A stretch of DNA of 64,000 bases from NCBI GenBank assembly GCA_031962025.1, contig JAVRKW010000002.1. One strand, given 5' to 3'. The position numbers were made by a program, and so were the translations under genes. The notes below the pieces were generated by a model. That model saw only the letters and a list, made by a program, of their open reading frames with translations. It ran no database searches and was not told the origin of the DNA. Positions within the stretch are counted from its first letter, which is position 1, and every line of letters begins with the position of its first letter. Below, piece after piece: positions 27,392 through 38,116 of this stretch. The DNA is from Pseudothermotoga sp. (lineage in GTDB: Bacteria; Thermotogota; Thermotogae; Thermotogales; DSM-5069).

Positions 27392-29287
27392 TTGATCTTT
27401 TAAATACATCGCCCATCCTGCCGCCGGTCTGTCATCAACAGAATACAAAATCAACCGGTCATTTGACAGGACATAGACCGTTCCGTCTTTTGACATCACC
27501 GGGTGGGCTGTCGGTGACCAGGTAAGTACCTGACTGTCGATTATTCTGAAATTTTGATCGAGCAATATGATCTCTTTTTTCGTAAAGACGATTACCCTGT
27601 CTTTTTCAGTGAGAATGATACTGATAGGATCTTCAAATCTTCTTGTTCCAGTAACTTTACCAGACAGATCAATTGAATACACCGTCCCCATCTGGTCAAA
27701 ACAGAATATCGATCTGCCGTTACTGACAGCGTAATTTACAAGTGAGCTGTCCGCTGAAAACGTCCAGAGCACCTTGGCAGAAGAAAGGTCGACAGCGTAC
27801 AGCTTTGAATTGTTCACCACAAAGGCATTTTTCTCAGTTAAAGCAATGGCACCCCGTTTGCTGAACTCTAAGTAAACTGTCCAGACTAAATTGCCAGAAA
27901 AATCCGTCAATCTCAATATACCAAGCCAATCAAGTGTGAGTATTCCAAAACTCTCATGAACCGCAGCAGGACACACAAGCCAGTTCCCCATGTTGAATCT
28001 CCACAGTTCATTTCCAGCAGAATCAAAATGTACGAGTAAACCTTCATCATCTGCGATTACAAATCCCTGAGGTGTGATTGAAGCCGGAAGACTTATGTTT
28101 GCACTGGTTTTGAGTCTTGTGATCTTTTCTCCGATTAAATAGACGCTTTTATCCCACGATCCTGTTATCACAGTACCATCTTGCATCAAAACTGGGTCAC
28201 TTGTGGTGATAAAACAAACCTTCTGCGAAGAAGTTTTCGCGGTATCCAAGTTGAGAGTTATCAACTCGCCGGTCATGGTAGTTGAATAAACATTCCTGTC
28301 ATAGACAGCACAGGATGTGTTCACAGAAAATGGAAGCTTGTATTCGGCAATTTTCTCGATCTGCTTTCTTTCAGCTTTGGGGATTTCAACTGGCTCAATT
28401 TTCTTTTGTTCAGTCGTCTGTGGTTTTGCTGTTATAGACACCGTCTTTGAAAACACCACATTTGAAGAAAAACTCTGCAGTAACTTCATGCTCGAAAACA
28501 GAACATTCACAATCCTTATGTTCCCATCCTTTGTGACGGCATAGACATAATCATTGTAAGAACTGATGAATTTTGCATTAACGGCAAGTGTATCCGAGAT
28601 CTTGAAGGTTTGTAAAGGCACCAATCTGAGAATTCCATTCAAGTCCAGTAAAAGTAAACTGTCTCTGATTTTGATCACCTGACTAAAAACACCATTGAAA
28701 TTACTCTCTTTTTCATAAACTGGATATCCATCGTTGAATCTCATCATATAAAATCTGTTCTTGGTCCACGCAAAAAGATAATCATCAACAACCTGAATGC
28801 CCAAAAATGAGTCCGATCCAGACAGCTCCCAGACTCTGTTCATAGTCTTCGTATAACCCACTATCTTGCCGCTTGAGTGGAGTATGATGATGAAATTTGC
28901 GTAAGAATCTACTCTGAGAACCTTTTCAGCAAAGGTATAACTGCGTTGCAAAATCAGGTCTTTTGTGTACATCGACATCCTGTATTCAGAGAAAACATAC
29001 AGATTGTCTAAAAGCAGTATATCAAAAGCCTTTTCATTCAAAGTGACACTGTTGATTTTTTTGAGAGAAGAATCGTACGATTCTATCTGAGATTGAGACA
29101 GAACATAAATCGTATCTGATTGATTGACGGCTTTGATGGGATTATTCACCTGTACAGAAGCCGTCTTTAAAGGCACAAGAGGTATCGAAATATCGTAAAG
29201 CTCAAGGCTTGAATCAGTTGCGACCAGCAGGTATTGTCCAAAAGCCATAACCGCCAACAGGGAAAAGAATAGAACGGCTGATCTCAT
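27356..29287 (-). CDS. Exported PQQ-like/BamB-like beta-propeller protein
   Basis: Signal peptide MRSAVLFFSLLAVMAFG; repeats GNELWRF, GNLVWTV, LYAVDLSSAKVLWTF. Confidence 0.7.
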   Translation of the reverse strand: MRSAVLFFSLLAVMAFGQYLLVATDSSLELYDISIPLVPLKTASVQVNNPIKAVNQSDTIYVLSQSQIESYDSSLKKINSVTLNEKAFDILLLDNLYVFSEYRMSMYTKDLILQRSYTFAEKVLRVDSYANFIIILHSSGKIVGYTKTMNRVWELSGSDSFLGIQVVDDYLFAWTKNRFYMMRFNDGYPVYEKESNFNGVFSQVIKIRDSLLLLDLNGILRLVPLQTFKISDTLAVNAKFISSYNDYVYAVTKDGNIRIVNVLFSSMKLLQSFSSNVVFSKTVSITAKPQTTEQKKIEPVEIPKAERKQIEKIAEYKLPFSVNTSCAVYDRNVYSTTMTGELITLNLDTAKTSSQKVCFITTSDPVLMQDGTVITGSWDKSVYLIGEKITRLKTSANISLPASITPQGFVIADDEGLLVHFDSAGNELWRFNMGNWLVCPAAVHESFGILTLDWLGILRLTDFSGNLVWTVYLEFSKRGAIALTEKNAFVVNNSKLYAVDLSSAKVLWTFSADSSLVNYAVSNGRSIFCFDQMGTVYSIDLSGKVTGTRRFEDPISIILTEKDRVIVFTKKEIILLDQNFRIIDSQVLTWSPTAHPVMSKDGTVYVLSNDRLILYSVDDRPAAGWAMYLKDQSHSSFLSLKSH

Positions 29288-29318
29288 AAGCGCACCTCGA
29301 AAACAAATTTCTCTTTGA

Positions 29319-30467
29319 TTATACACGATCATATTTTGTACTCAAAACCATTTTCTTATGCAACGAATAAGTCAAAAGTGCATTCATTAGATAAAACATG
29401 GCGCTTATCAAGAGCAGTTTTTTGTAATCGGAGCTGTCATTCACTATATAACCATATAAAAGTGCAGCAACAGCACGTGATGAATTGTTCAAAAGATTAC
29501 CAATTCCATTTGTTATGGAAAGATACTGCACAGGCAGATTGGAGAAAATAAGGACTGAAAAAATGGGACTGACCATATTCATCAGCATGAATCTAATTAT
29601 ATAAAGCAAACAGAATATAACTGGATTTCTAATAAAGGCTAAAGAAATCATCAATGGAACAACGAAGGTATAACAGAAAAGCAGAACCCTCGTCGATCCA
29701 AAACGCTTTTCAAGAGAATGGTTCATCACCCCACCAACTCCAGTTGCCACCTGGGTCAGCGCCATCACAAGACCGATAATAGTCGTTGACATGGCAAAAA
29801 GGTCGTTGAGCATGAGATTGCCAAAACTTATGAACAGACCGGCTCCAAAACCAACGAATAGATTGGAGAGCAGGTAATACCACAGGATATCTTTTTGAAG
29901 AGAACTGAACTGAATCTTCTCCAGAATCTGCTGATTGGTCGTTGAGAGTTTTTTCACTGTCAAAAAACTCGTGCTGTAGATAATGGCACCCAGTAACATC
30001 GTTGATCTTAAACCAACAACATCGCTGATTGCACCGCCAAGCAAATTTCCAAACACTCCCGTGATCATCGAAATAGAGAAATTGGAGCCGAAAAGAACAA
30101 CCCTGTTCTTTGCAGGAGTCGAAACGATCATTGAAGCTGTTATGATAATCGATATCGCCGAAGATACAGCGCCAGATGCAAAATTCAAAACCACCTGCCA
30201 CTCTGCACTGAGCAGGAAAATCCTGAGAAACTGAGTCAGCACCTGAACAAGCAGCAAAAACTGTAAAAACCTTTTCTTGTCGACCTTATCGATGAGAAAA
30301 GAAAGGAATGTACCAAGAACTGCCGAACCCCACAGTCCAGCCGAAGTAACCTTCCCTATTTCAAGATTGCTCAAACCACTATATCTCAAAAACAAATTGA
30401 AAACCACACCGTAGATCTGTCCTGCAAAACTTGTTATGGCCGTGAATATGTAGAAGTACACTATCAA
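29319..30467 (-). CDS. MFS transporter
   Basis: ~12 TM segments; GGAISDVVGLR, GFGAGLF motifs. Confidence 0.8.
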   Translation of the reverse strand: MIVYFYIFTAITSFAGQIYGVVFNLFLRYSGLSNLEIGKVTSAGLWGSAVLGTFLSFLIDKVDKKRFLQFLLLVQVLTQFLRIFLLSAEWQVVLNFASGAVSSAISIIITASMIVSTPAKNRVVLFGSNFSISMITGVFGNLLGGAISDVVGLRSTMLLGAIIYSTSFLTVKKLSTTNQQILEKIQFSSLQKDILWYYLLSNLFVGFGAGLFISFGNLMLNDLFAMSTTIIGLVMALTQVATGVGGVMNHSLEKRFGSTRVLLFCYTFVVPLMISLAFIRNPVIFCLLYIIRFMLMNMVSPIFSVLIFSNLPVQYLSITNGIGNLLNNSSRAVAALLYGYIVNDSSDYKKLLLISAMFYLMNALLTYSLHKKMVLSTKYDRV

Positions 30468-30600
30468 AACACTCCCTGACAGTTGAAATTATACTTTTTA
30501 TGTGAAGACCTGAAGGTTGCAAAAGAAAAAAATTCATATTGCAACTAAAATTTCCAATATGTTGATTTAAAATATAATACAGAAAAACAATATAGAAAAT

Positions 30601-30745
30601 ACTCAGGGTCAAGGGAACACCGGTGAAAATCCGGGACTGCCCAGCAACCGTGAGCAGGGACGAAAGCCACACAATGCCACTGGCTGAACGGCTGGGAAGG
30701 CGTGGTCAGTAGGAAGATCTGCGAGTCGGGAGACCTGCCCTGAGT
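30601..30745 (+). ncRNA. Cobalamin riboswitch
   Basis: AAGGGAA, CCGGTGAAAATCCGG T-loop, GCAACCGT, GCCACTG..GGGAAGG, B12 box GAGTCGGGAGACCTGCC; ACTCAGGG/CCCTGAGT closing stem; upstream of cob genes. Confidence 0.95.
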
Positions 30746-30752
30746 AATCTTG

Positions 30753-30791
30753 TTCCCGAGAGCTTGGGCTCGATGGGAAATTTCGTTTTTT
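30753..30791 (+). terminator. Riboswitch expression-platform hairpin with U-tract
   Basis: TTCCC..GAGC-TTGG-GCTC..GGGAA followed by TTTCGTTTTTT. Confidence 0.6.
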
Positions 30792-30813
30792 AAGCACAGA
30801 GCGAGGTGAAAAA

Positions 30814-31851
30814 ATGTTTGATCAAGAGTCTTTTAAAAAGTCAATCGTTGAGAGACTGAACAGTTTAACAAAACCAGTTAAAAGCTTGGGGTATCTTGAA
30901 GAGATTGCGATAAAAATTGGACTCATCCAAAGAAAGGTTATTCCCGACCTGCCAAAAGACAAAAGAGTCTATGTTTTTGCAGCAGATCATGGTGTTGCTG
31001 TGAATGGTGTCTCAGCCTATCCGAAAGAAGTCACATATCAGATGGTACTCAATTTTCTCAACAAAGGAGCGGCTATAAACGTGTTTTCAAAGCATGTGGG
31101 GGCAAGTGTTTACGTTGTTGACGCGGGTGTCGATGCAGATTTTGATATACAGGACAGATATTTTATTCGAGCGAAAATCGACTATGGAACAAGAGATTTC
31201 ACAAAAGGTTCGGCTATGACGGCAGATCAAGCAGAAAAATGCATCGAATACGGTAAAAAAATAGCCAAACAAGCCATTGATGAAGGCGCAGATCTTTTGA
31301 TTGTAGGTGATATGGGAATAGGAAATACAACTACTGCCTCGGCAATAGCTGTGGCTTTTGGGTTTGATGTCGAAGATATTCTGGATATTGGAACACCTCT
31401 CGATGAAAGAGGCTTAAAGATCAAAAAAGAAGCAATTTTAAAAGCCATAGAAAAAAACAGACCGAACAAAAATGATCCACTCGACGTGCTTAAAAAAGTT
31501 GGTGGTTTTTGCATCGGACAAATGGCTGGCTTTATCCTTGAAGCAACAGAAAGATCTATCCCGGTGGTAGTAGATGGTTTTCCAACGACGGCAGGTCTTT
31601 TGATTGCCTGGAAGATGAAACCACAGGTCAGTGATTATGTTTTTGCCGGGCACAAATCGGCTGTCAGAGGTCACAAAATCCTGCTTGATGCTATGGGATT
31701 GAGACCAATACTGGACCTTGATATGAGACTCGGTGAAGGTACAGGCGCTGTGTTATCGGTTCCAATTATCGAAGCAGCGATAAAAATGATCAGAGAAATG
31801 GCGACATTCGAAAGCGCTAAGGTTTCCAAAGGAAGTGATCAATCGATATGA
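30814..31851 (+). CDS. cobT: Nicotinate-nucleotide--dimethylbenzimidazole phosphoribosyltransferase
   Basis: LTKPVKSLGYLE, FAADHGV, MGIGNTT, VVDGF, MRLGEGTGA. Confidence 0.93.
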   Translation: MFDQESFKKSIVERLNSLTKPVKSLGYLEEIAIKIGLIQRKVIPDLPKDKRVYVFAADHGVAVNGVSAYPKEVTYQMVLNFLNKGAAINVFSKHVGASVYVVDAGVDADFDIQDRYFIRAKIDYGTRDFTKGSAMTADQAEKCIEYGKKIAKQAIDEGADLLIVGDMGIGNTTTASAIAVAFGFDVEDILDIGTPLDERGLKIKKEAILKAIEKNRPNKNDPLDVLKKVGGFCIGQMAGFILEATERSIPVVVDGFPTTAGLLIAWKMKPQVSDYVFAGHKSAVRGHKILLDAMGLRPILDLDMRLGEGTGAVLSVPIIEAAIKMIREMATFESAKVSKGSDQSI

Positions 31852-32354
31852 TCACTCTCATAACAGGTGGAATAAAATCTGGAAAAAGCTCATTTGCTCT
31901 AAGGTATATTCTGGGGAAAAACTACAGAAAAAGGGCATTTTTGGCAACAGGAGTTGCCTCTGATGAGGAAATGAAACAAAGAATAGAGAAGCACAGAAAA
32001 GAACGTCTGAATCTGTTTGAAACCTTTGAAGAGCCTATAAATGTCCCGGATGTATTGGAAAATATCGACAGCCAGTATGATGTCGTGCTTTTTGAATGTC
32101 TCACAACTTATCTTGGAAATCTGTACCATTATCAGTTAGATGCTGAAAAATACCTCGAAAAATTCATCAAAGTAATTCAAAATATGAAGTCAGATATAGT
32201 CGTGGTTACGAATGAAGTCGGATGGTCAATCGTACCGGAAAACGAACTCGCTCGAAAATACGCAGAAGAACTTGGAAAAACAAATTCAAAGATTGCCCAA
32301 ATTGCCGATGAAGTGTATACGGTTATCTGTGGAATAGAGCTTAAAATCAAATGA
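31848..32354 (+). CDS. cobU: Adenosylcobinamide kinase / guanylyltransferase
   Basis: TGGIKSGKS, DEEMKQRIEKHR, ECLT, VTNEVGWSIVP. Confidence 0.92.
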   Translation: MITLITGGIKSGKSSFALRYILGKNYRKRAFLATGVASDEEMKQRIEKHRKERLNLFETFEEPINVPDVLENIDSQYDVVLFECLTTYLGNLYHYQLDAEKYLEKFIKVIQNMKSDIVVVTNEVGWSIVPENELARKYAEELGKTNSKIAQIADEVYTVICGIELKIK

Positions 32355-32358
32355 TTGG

Positions 32359-33000
32359 GTGGAAACGATGTCAAAACAGTTGATCGGGACAACCTCCTGG
32401 CTCGTACCAGGTACTTACTATGAAAACGCAAGATTGGTCGCCCAGATAGTGGACTTTGTTGAATTACTCGTCTACACATGGGATGAAAAAACCTTCCAGT
32501 TGGTTCATTCTGAAATAGATAAACTCAATTCATTAACAGAGAAATTCGATTTGTTCTACACCGTGCATCTTCCAACCGATAACGCAGAAAATGCCATCTC
32601 GGCGTACGATTATTTTTCAAAATCGAAGATGAAAATACTCAATTACGTTCTTCACCCGATGGATGGTGCACAAAACCTGCTGTATAAACACGCAAAACAG
32701 ATATCACTTGAAAATCTGAAGGAAAAAATAGAATATCACCAGAACATGACATTTGATGTTGGTCATCATATTCTTGGCAAGAAATTTCCAAGAGAATTCG
32801 TCAAGAACGTCAAAGAGATTCACCTGATGGGAGTAGCAGAAAACAAAGATCATCTGAGGTTAAATGAAAGGGCACTCAATGAAGTTAAGAATCTTTTCAA
32901 GGAAAAAATCAAAGAGGTACCGCTTCTTTGTTTTGAAGTTTTCGACATCAAAGACATGATTGACTCAGTCAACTTTTTTGTTGCAGCATTTGATAAATAA
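32359..33000 (+). CDS. cbiR: Probable cobamide-remodelling phosphodiesterase (AP endonuclease 2 fold)
   Basis: GTTSWLVP, VELL, YTVHLP, LENL, FDVGH, EIHL, DH metal-ligand pattern; located between cobU and cobS. Confidence 0.65.
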   Translation: METMSKQLIGTTSWLVPGTYYENARLVAQIVDFVELLVYTWDEKTFQLVHSEIDKLNSLTEKFDLFYTVHLPTDNAENAISAYDYFSKSKMKILNYVLHPMDGAQNLLYKHAKQISLENLKEKIEYHQNMTFDVGHHILGKKFPREFVKNVKEIHLMGVAENKDHLRLNERALNEVKNLFKEKIKEVPLLCFEVFDIKDMIDSVNFFVAAFDK

Positions 33001-33006
33001 TGGGGA

Positions 33007-33735
33007 GTGATGTATCTGTTCATCGATCTTGTTCTGGCATTATCGTTCATATCACGACTGCCAGTAAGGGTCAGATATCTTGAAGACTTTCAAGATCGGA
33101 TTAAGAGAATCCCCCGCTACTTCACGCTGATCGGTTATCTTCCAGGAATTGTATATTTCCTGAGCTGTGCTTTTGCTGAAAATACAGTGCTCAGAATCGC
33201 AGGTATAGCAATCGGTTTTTATTTTTTCGATCTTTTTCATTTCGACGGTCTTCTTGATATGCTTGATGGGTTTTTGAACCAGTCATCAAAAGAAAAGAGG
33301 CTTGAAATAATGTCAAAGGGTGATGTCGGACCATTCGCGGTTTTTTACGGTACGTTATTCGTACTGGCATTTTACGACCTTTTTCGCCTTGTGAAACCCA
33401 TTGACTTTCTTTTTGCCTCTGTTTTTGGAAGGTACACGATGACAACACTGATAAGCATATCAAAACCAGCCAAGGGCACTGGACTTGGCGCGCTGTTTTT
33501 CCCACCAAACAGGGTAAATATACTCGTGTCTGGTACGTTTTTGATTCCATTACTGTTTTTTGGACCGGTGAAATTCGCCCTTTGTGTCGGAATGTCAGTC
33601 GCGGCAGCAGTACTGGTAAAAGTTATTTCACACAGGAAGATATCGGGTGTGACAGGTGACGTAATAGGTGGTAGTTGCTTGATAAGCCAGATGTTGATTC
33701 TGATGGTTCTTTATCTATCTGAAAAATGGGGGTAG
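33007..33735 (+). CDS. cobS: Cobalamin synthase
   Basis: FISRLPV, HFDGLLDMLDG, RLEIM, GVTGDVIG. Confidence 0.92.
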   Translation: MMYLFIDLVLALSFISRLPVRVRYLEDFQDRIKRIPRYFTLIGYLPGIVYFLSCAFAENTVLRIAGIAIGFYFFDLFHFDGLLDMLDGFLNQSSKEKRLEIMSKGDVGPFAVFYGTLFVLAFYDLFRLVKPIDFLFASVFGRYTMTTLISISKPAKGTGLGALFFPPNRVNILVSGTFLIPLLFFGPVKFALCVGMSVAAAVLVKVISHRKISGVTGDVIGGSCLISQMLILMVLYLSEKWG

Positions 33736-34643
33736 TGAACAAATTGATCACAGCAAAAACGTTAATGTTGATCTTTGCCGTAATCGTCGATATCACGATG
33801 GGTGAATATCCATCAATCATTCATCCAGTCGTATACATGGGCAAGATGGGCAAGGTTTTTGACCGATTTGCCAACACGAATATCAAAAACAACCTGCTCA
33901 AATTCATATCGGGTGGCTTTGCTGAAGTCGCTGAGATTTTTTTGTGGATTTTTGGAATATTTTTGACGTTCAACCTGCTGCAAGCCGTTGGACACCTGGC
34001 TCATTACATTTTTCTTGTGTATCTACTCAAATCGACATTTTCCATCAAAGGACTTTTTGACCACGTTAAGAGATGCTACACCGATAACGAAGAAGAATTG
34101 AGAAAATCGGTATCGATGATCGTCAGCAGAAATACAAGCGAACTCGACAAACCCCATCTTTATTCAGCAGCTATTGAAAGCCTGGCAGAAAATATATCAG
34201 ATAGCATCACTGGCCCGTTATTCTACTATGTTTTATTTGGCTTGATCGGAGCATTCATTTACCGTATAGTCAACACGTACGACGCACTCTTTGGTTACAG
34301 AAACGAAAGATACGAATGGTTTGGAAAATTCTGTGCGAGATTTGATGATCTGTTGAATTACATTCCCGCTCGATTGACAGCACTTTTTATTCTGCTGTTT
34401 AACCCAAAAGGTGCTCTCAAATATTTGAAAAAATACAGAAAAATAAAGATAAATGCCACATATCCAATGAGTGCATTTGCAGGTGTACTGTCAATTGGAC
34501 TGGAAAAAATGGGATACTACAAATTTGATGGACCACTTCCGGTGAAAGAAGATGTTAAAACAGCGTTGAAGTTATACAGAAAAGTTGTTTTTATCATCGT
34601 TGTCGTCTCAATTATTCTCAGTGAGGTGCTGAAAATTGGATGA
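33726..34643 (+). CDS. cbiB: Adenosylcobinamide-phosphate synthase
   Basis: HPVVYMG, IESLAENISD, YRIVNTYDALFGY, DDLLNYIPARL. Confidence 0.92.
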   Translation: MGVVNKLITAKTLMLIFAVIVDITMGEYPSIIHPVVYMGKMGKVFDRFANTNIKNNLLKFISGGFAEVAEIFLWIFGIFLTFNLLQAVGHLAHYIFLVYLLKSTFSIKGLFDHVKRCYTDNEEELRKSVSMIVSRNTSELDKPHLYSAAIESLAENISDSITGPLFYYVLFGLIGAFIYRIVNTYDALFGYRNERYEWFGKFCARFDDLLNYIPARLTALFILLFNPKGALKYLKKYRKIKINATYPMSAFAGVLSIGLEKMGYYKFDGPLPVKEDVKTALKLYRKVVFIIVVVSIILSEVLKIG

Positions 34644-35664
34644 AATCAACAGAGTTTTTCATGGTGGTATCAAAGACAGCAGCTTTACAGACTTTTCTAT
34701 ATCAGTGAACCCTATAAGTCCACCATTTGTGGACAAACTCTTTTCCAAACAGGCGATGAAAGTGAACCAGAGATATACTTACATCGAGTGGATTGAAGAT
34801 AGTTTCAGACAAAGATACGGAGAGGACACTGTGGTTTTAGCCGGTGCAACAGAGGCATTCCAGATCATCGGGTTCACCCTGATGAAAGATTCAGAAGTTG
34901 TCATACCAAAACCAAATTACGGTGAATACAGTAGAGTAGCGCATTTTTCGGCAGAAAAGACGCATTTTGTGGATATTCTGGACATCGATGGAAAAAGGTT
35001 AGATTACTCCAGATTGTTTGAGTACATTCAAAAGGAAAATAAAAAAAGTCGAAAGATAACGGTGATATTCTCAAATCCGAACAACCCCACCGGGTACTTT
35101 GAATCTGATCTTATAAATTACATAAAATCTTTTCAGGCATTTGAGAACATTTTATTCATCGTCGATGAGGTTTTCTTGGATTTCTTGCCAGAAGAAGAAA
35201 GAACAGATTTGAGCTTTCTTGAAAATGTCATCTGCGTCAGGACATTCACAAAGTTCTATGGTCTTCCCGGTATTCGCGTTGGTTATGTCAAAACCACCAG
35301 ATACAGAAAACTCTTTGAAACTTTTCGTGCACCGTGGGCAACAGGTGGGTGTGGTTATCTTTTTTTGAAACTGCTGCTGCAGGAAAGCAGTGAAAACCTC
35401 AAGTTATTTGAAAAAAGAACTATTGAATTCATCAAAACAGAAAGGCAAAAGTTTCAAAGATACATCTACTTTCCATCAAAAACGAATTATTTCACAGTTA
35501 AAATACCAGACTTGGACGAATTCATGGATAAATTGCACAGGAACAAAATACACATAAGAACACTGCACGATATGGGAATGCCGCAATTTGTAAGAATAGG
35601 GATAAAAGATCAAAAGTCAAACGAAAAGCTACTCAAAATTATGGGTGAGGTGCTGAATGCTTAG
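34636..35664 (+). CDS. cobD: L-threonine-O-3-phosphate decarboxylase
   Basis: HGG, DFSISVNP, SNPNNPTG, VDEVFLDF, RTFTKFYGLPGIRVGY; cob context. Confidence 0.82.
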   Translation: MDEINRVFHGGIKDSSFTDFSISVNPISPPFVDKLFSKQAMKVNQRYTYIEWIEDSFRQRYGEDTVVLAGATEAFQIIGFTLMKDSEVVIPKPNYGEYSRVAHFSAEKTHFVDILDIDGKRLDYSRLFEYIQKENKKSRKITVIFSNPNNPTGYFESDLINYIKSFQAFENILFIVDEVFLDFLPEEERTDLSFLENVICVRTFTKFYGLPGIRVGYVKTTRYRKLFETFRAPWATGGCGYLFLKLLLQESSENLKLFEKRTIEFIKTERQKFQRYIYFPSKTNYFTVKIPDLDEFMDKLHRNKIHIRTLHDMGMPQFVRIGIKDQKSNEKLLKIMGEVLNA

Positions 35665-37156
35665 CAAAACCCTTATGGTAGTTGGCACGATGTCATCTGT
35701 TGGGAAAAGTTTTTTAGTTACCGGTCTGTGCAGGATATTTGCAAAAAAAGGTGTTAAAGTTGCTCCGTTCAAAGCCCAAAACATGTCAAACAACGCGGCA
35801 GTTTGCAAAAATGGTGGAGAAATCGCAAGAGCACAGTATTTACAGGCACTTGCGTGCAAAACAGAACCACTGGTGGAAATGAATCCCGTTTTGTTAAAAC
35901 CAGAGAAAGACTCAAGATCTCAAATAGTTGTTCTTGGAAAGGTATGGAACAGTTTAGAAGCTAAAAACTACTACCAGAAAAAACAGGAGCTATGGAATGT
36001 GGTTAGAGACTCTCTTGATTTTCTCAGAAAAAGGTACGATCTAATCATCATTGAAGGAGCAGGAAGCCCTGTTGAACTCAATTTGAAACAAAACGACATC
36101 GTGAACATGGCGGTTGCAAAGTACGTGAATGCACCAACACTGCTCGTCGGTGATATTGACAGAGGCGGAATTTTTGCACAACTACTTGGAACTTACTGGC
36201 TTTTGGAAGAAGATGAAAGAAAACTTGTAAAAGGTTTTGTGGTGAACAAATTCAGAGGCGATATAGAGCTTTTCAAAGACGGGATCACAATACTTGAAAA
36301 CAGATCCAAGGTCCCCGTCCTGGGAGTGATACCCTATCTGAAAGACCTTCTGCTTCCAGAAGAAGATGGAGCCATAATCGATGAGATAGCCAAAAACAGC
36401 GAATTTAAAAAAGACCAGATAGATATATGCGTCATTGCCTACCCACATATATCGAATTTCGATGACTTTGATGCACTGAAAATGGAAAGTGGAGTGAAAG
36501 TGAGATTCATAAGATCAATCGAAAACTTCAAAAACCCCGACGTGGTTGTACTTCCAGGTACTAAAAGTACTATCCTGGACCTTCTCTGGATGAGACAGAC
36601 GGGTTTTGACAAACTGGTACTGGACTACGCCAGTAGTGGAGGAAAAGTAGTTGGTATCTGTGGCGGATATCAGATGCTTGGAAAGAAAATCTACGATGAA
36701 CTTCACACAGAAAGCGATATTGACCAGGTAGATGGACTTGGATTGCTCGATACAGTGACGCATTTTAAAAAGCAAAAGAGTACATTTCAAATAAAAGCAA
36801 AAGTCTTAAACTCTGAATTAGAACTCAAGGTAGAAGAGATCCTGATTGGCTATGAGATCCACTCTGGCATCACCGAAGTTTTGAACGGTAGCTATCTGTT
36901 CCAGATAATACAGAGAAATCTTGAGCCGGTTTTCATTTTAGATGGCACCATGAACCAGAAAGGCAATGTCTGGGGCACATATATACACGGAATTTTCAAC
37001 AACGATGCATTCAGGAGAAACTGGCTGAAAACCCTTGGATGGAAGCACAGTTCAGAAATAGAATATGAAAAGACGATTGAAAATTCCATAGAAAAACTGG
37101 CTGATGTGATACAAAAAAGCATCGATATGGATAAATTGATCAAAATGATTCAGTGA
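35657..37156 (+). CDS. cbiP: Cobyric acid synthase
   Basis: GTMSSVGKS, PFKAQNMSNN, EGAGSP, DIDRGG, GICGGYQMLG, GYEIHSG, GTYIHG. Confidence 0.95.
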   Translation: MLSKTLMVVGTMSSVGKSFLVTGLCRIFAKKGVKVAPFKAQNMSNNAAVCKNGGEIARAQYLQALACKTEPLVEMNPVLLKPEKDSRSQIVVLGKVWNSLEAKNYYQKKQELWNVVRDSLDFLRKRYDLIIIEGAGSPVELNLKQNDIVNMAVAKYVNAPTLLVGDIDRGGIFAQLLGTYWLLEEDERKLVKGFVVNKFRGDIELFKDGITILENRSKVPVLGVIPYLKDLLLPEEDGAIIDEIAKNSEFKKDQIDICVIAYPHISNFDDFDALKMESGVKVRFIRSIENFKNPDVVVLPGTKSTILDLLWMRQTGFDKLVLDYASSGGKVVGICGGYQMLGKKIYDELHTESDIDQVDGLGLLDTVTHFKKQKSTFQIKAKVLNSELELKVEEILIGYEIHSGITEVLNGSYLFQIIQRNLEPVFILDGTMNQKGNVWGTYIHGIFNNDAFRRNWLKTLGWKHSSEIEYEKTIENSIEKLADVIQKSIDMDKLIKMIQ

Positions 37157-37186
37157 AATTGTGTATAATTTTTATGAGGTGTACAC

Positions 37187-38116
37187 ATGTTTGACAAATA
37201 CAACCGCAGGATAGATTATCTGAGATTTTCCATAACTGACAGGTGCAACCATCGATGCTTTTACTGCATGACACCAGATACTAAATTCCTGCCATATGAT
37301 AGCTTGATGACAATAGATGAAATAAAGATCTTGGCAGATGTGTTCTGTGATCTTGGTATAAAACAAGTTCGAATAACAGGAGGAGAACCGCTACTCAGAG
37401 AAGACGTGGTTGGTATAACAAAAAAACTGTCAGAATACTTTCGAGTTTCAATGACCACAAACGGTAGCAAACTCAAAGAATTTGCAAAACCACTCAAAGA
37501 AGCAGGATTGGTTTCGGTGAATGTGAGTCTCAACAGTCTGAACCAAGATCGATTTTACCTAATCACAAAAAGTCATCTAAAACCCGTTCTTGAAGGGATA
37601 GATGCCGCGATAGAATGCGGATTATTTGTGAAGATAAACACAGTTGTCAATCAGATGAATATGGACGAACTGTGCGATCTGGTTGATTTTTCAACCAAAA
37701 AAGGTATTCCCATAAGATTCATCGAGCTGATGCCCGTGGGAAAACAAAATAAAACTATTTTTGAAGATCAGATACTCGAAAAACTCTCAGACTTTGACCT
37801 AAAGCCTGTACAGATTAAACTCGGCGTAGGACCTGCAAGATATTTCATCACAAAATACGGTAGCTATGTGGGAATAATATCTGCTTTGAGCAAATCTTTC
37901 TGTGAAAACTGCAACAAATTGAGACTTTCCTGTGACGGAAAACTCTATCCGTGTTTGGGATCGACCTATCATGTAGACCTTCTGAAAGCCATCAGATCTG
38001 GATTTTCAACTGAACAGGTTGCCGATATGATCAAAGCCGCTGTGGATAAAAAGCCTTTCAGTCATCACATGAAAGATTCACAGGTGAATAACCAGATGAA
38101 CAAACTGGGGGGATGA
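37187..38116 (+). CDS. moaA: GTP 3',8-cyclase (radical SAM)
   Basis: [28 protein letters not shown]-terminal GG. Confidence 0.93.
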   Translation: MFDKYNRRIDYLRFSITDRCNHRCFYCMTPDTKFLPYDSLMTIDEIKILADVFCDLGIKQVRITGGEPLLREDVVGITKKLSEYFRVSMTTNGSKLKEFAKPLKEAGLVSVNVSLNSLNQDRFYLITKSHLKPVLEGIDAAIECGLFVKINTVVNQMNMDELCDLVDFSTKKGIPIRFIELMPVGKQNKTIFEDQILEKLSDFDLKPVQIKLGVGPARYFITKYGSYVGIISALSKSFCENCNKLRLSCDGKLYPCLGSTYHVDLLKAIRSGFSTEQVADMIKAAVDKKPFSHHMKDSQVNNQMNKLGG

